DNA of 64,000 nucleotides from Psilocybe cubensis. Lineage: Eukaryota. Of the stretch, positions 63,291 through 64,000 are shown one piece after another. The notes under the pieces are model-generated. The model had not been told where the DNA came from. It saw only the letters and a list, made by a program, of their open reading frames with translations, and ran no database searches. The stretch covers positions 248,001 to 312,000 of the forward strand of contig CM039008.1 of NCBI GenBank assembly GCA_017499595.2, read 5' to 3'. Position 1 is the first letter of the stretch; each line of letters starts with the position of its first letter. The position numbers and the translations under genes are program-made.

Positions 63291-64000
63291 GTCGTGATTG
63301 TAGGCGTGTAGGTGTACGATATCGTGGATGTATGTGCCAATAAAGGTGCAGGAGACTAGACTAGACGTGAAATATAATCGTGATGTCGATGACGGTGCTG
63401 TGTAGGTGTGGTTAGGAGTCGTCGTCGGATGAGTCGGAATGAAGCTAGGAGTCGTAACCACGACAAAGAAAATAGAGGGTAATCATATCGATTAGTGCCC
63501 ATCTCAATCCAGTGCAAAGTACGACAGTCAAAAAAGAAAAGGCGGAATAGGGGAGAGAAAAAGAGAAAAAAGAACACTCACTCCTATGTCGTGTCGTTAA
63601 AACCGTAAGCTGAAAAAGTACACGCAATACACCACTGTACAGAATCTATGCACCGCACTTCCTGGTGGGTAAGTGACTCAAAATACTGATAATGAAAATG
63701 GTGATTCGTGGCAAGTCAGATCGAAGTGTTTGATGATGATGTTGATGTGATGCCGCCGATAATTGATGATGTCGTATCGATATTGAATTTAGACGTTATA
63801 TCGACAGTGCGCAAACAGAAAGACCCAGTGGGTGTTGAGGGTTGGGGTTGGTTAAAGATTAGGTTAAACACGGTGCACGGCACTTGATGAAGCAAATGTA
63901 TGTTAGTGTGTCGTCGTTCCTCGCAAAGAAATAAAAAAAAAGCAAAAAAGAAGAAAAGAAAATATTCCAAGGAATGCAAAAAAGAAGAGGAGGATTAAGT

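Noticed and set aside
58933-63461. Many long antisense and alternate-frame ORFs over ATG4 (also over the helicase gene)
   Set aside because: Explained by GC-rich, low-complexity coding sequence that lacks off-frame stops.

Overview
Intron-rich fungal genomic DNA, most likely an agaric basidiomycete (short GT-AG introns, class I hydrophobin, TPR-CHAT protein, Plavaka transposase). Ordinary genes: an isochorismatase-family hydrolase, an ABCG half-transporter, SYM1/Mpv17, an amino-acid permease, an MRH4-like DEAD-box helicase, an SDR, a TKL-type kinase, an FMO and ATG4. The centrepiece is a 10,849-bp Plavaka (CACTA-like) DNA transposon at 26854-37702 with 19-bp TIRs and a 2-bp TSD. It sits exactly in a splice donor of a sugar-transporter gene. 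It carries a divergently transcribed DUF6698-like gene, scrambled intron-containing fragments of the host mitochondrial T7-type RNA polymerase gene (RPO41), and two nested MITEs. Other notable items are three paralogous small secreted beta/gamma-crystallin-like genes, a TPR-CHAT protease bracketed by two TIR elements, a hydrophobin missing two of its eight cysteines, a 5'-truncated FMO duplicate hit by a LINE, two orphan genes, and a candidate alternatively spliced micro-ORF gene. All calls come from reading by eye. Exon boundaries were inferred manually and family names come from motif recall, not from searches.
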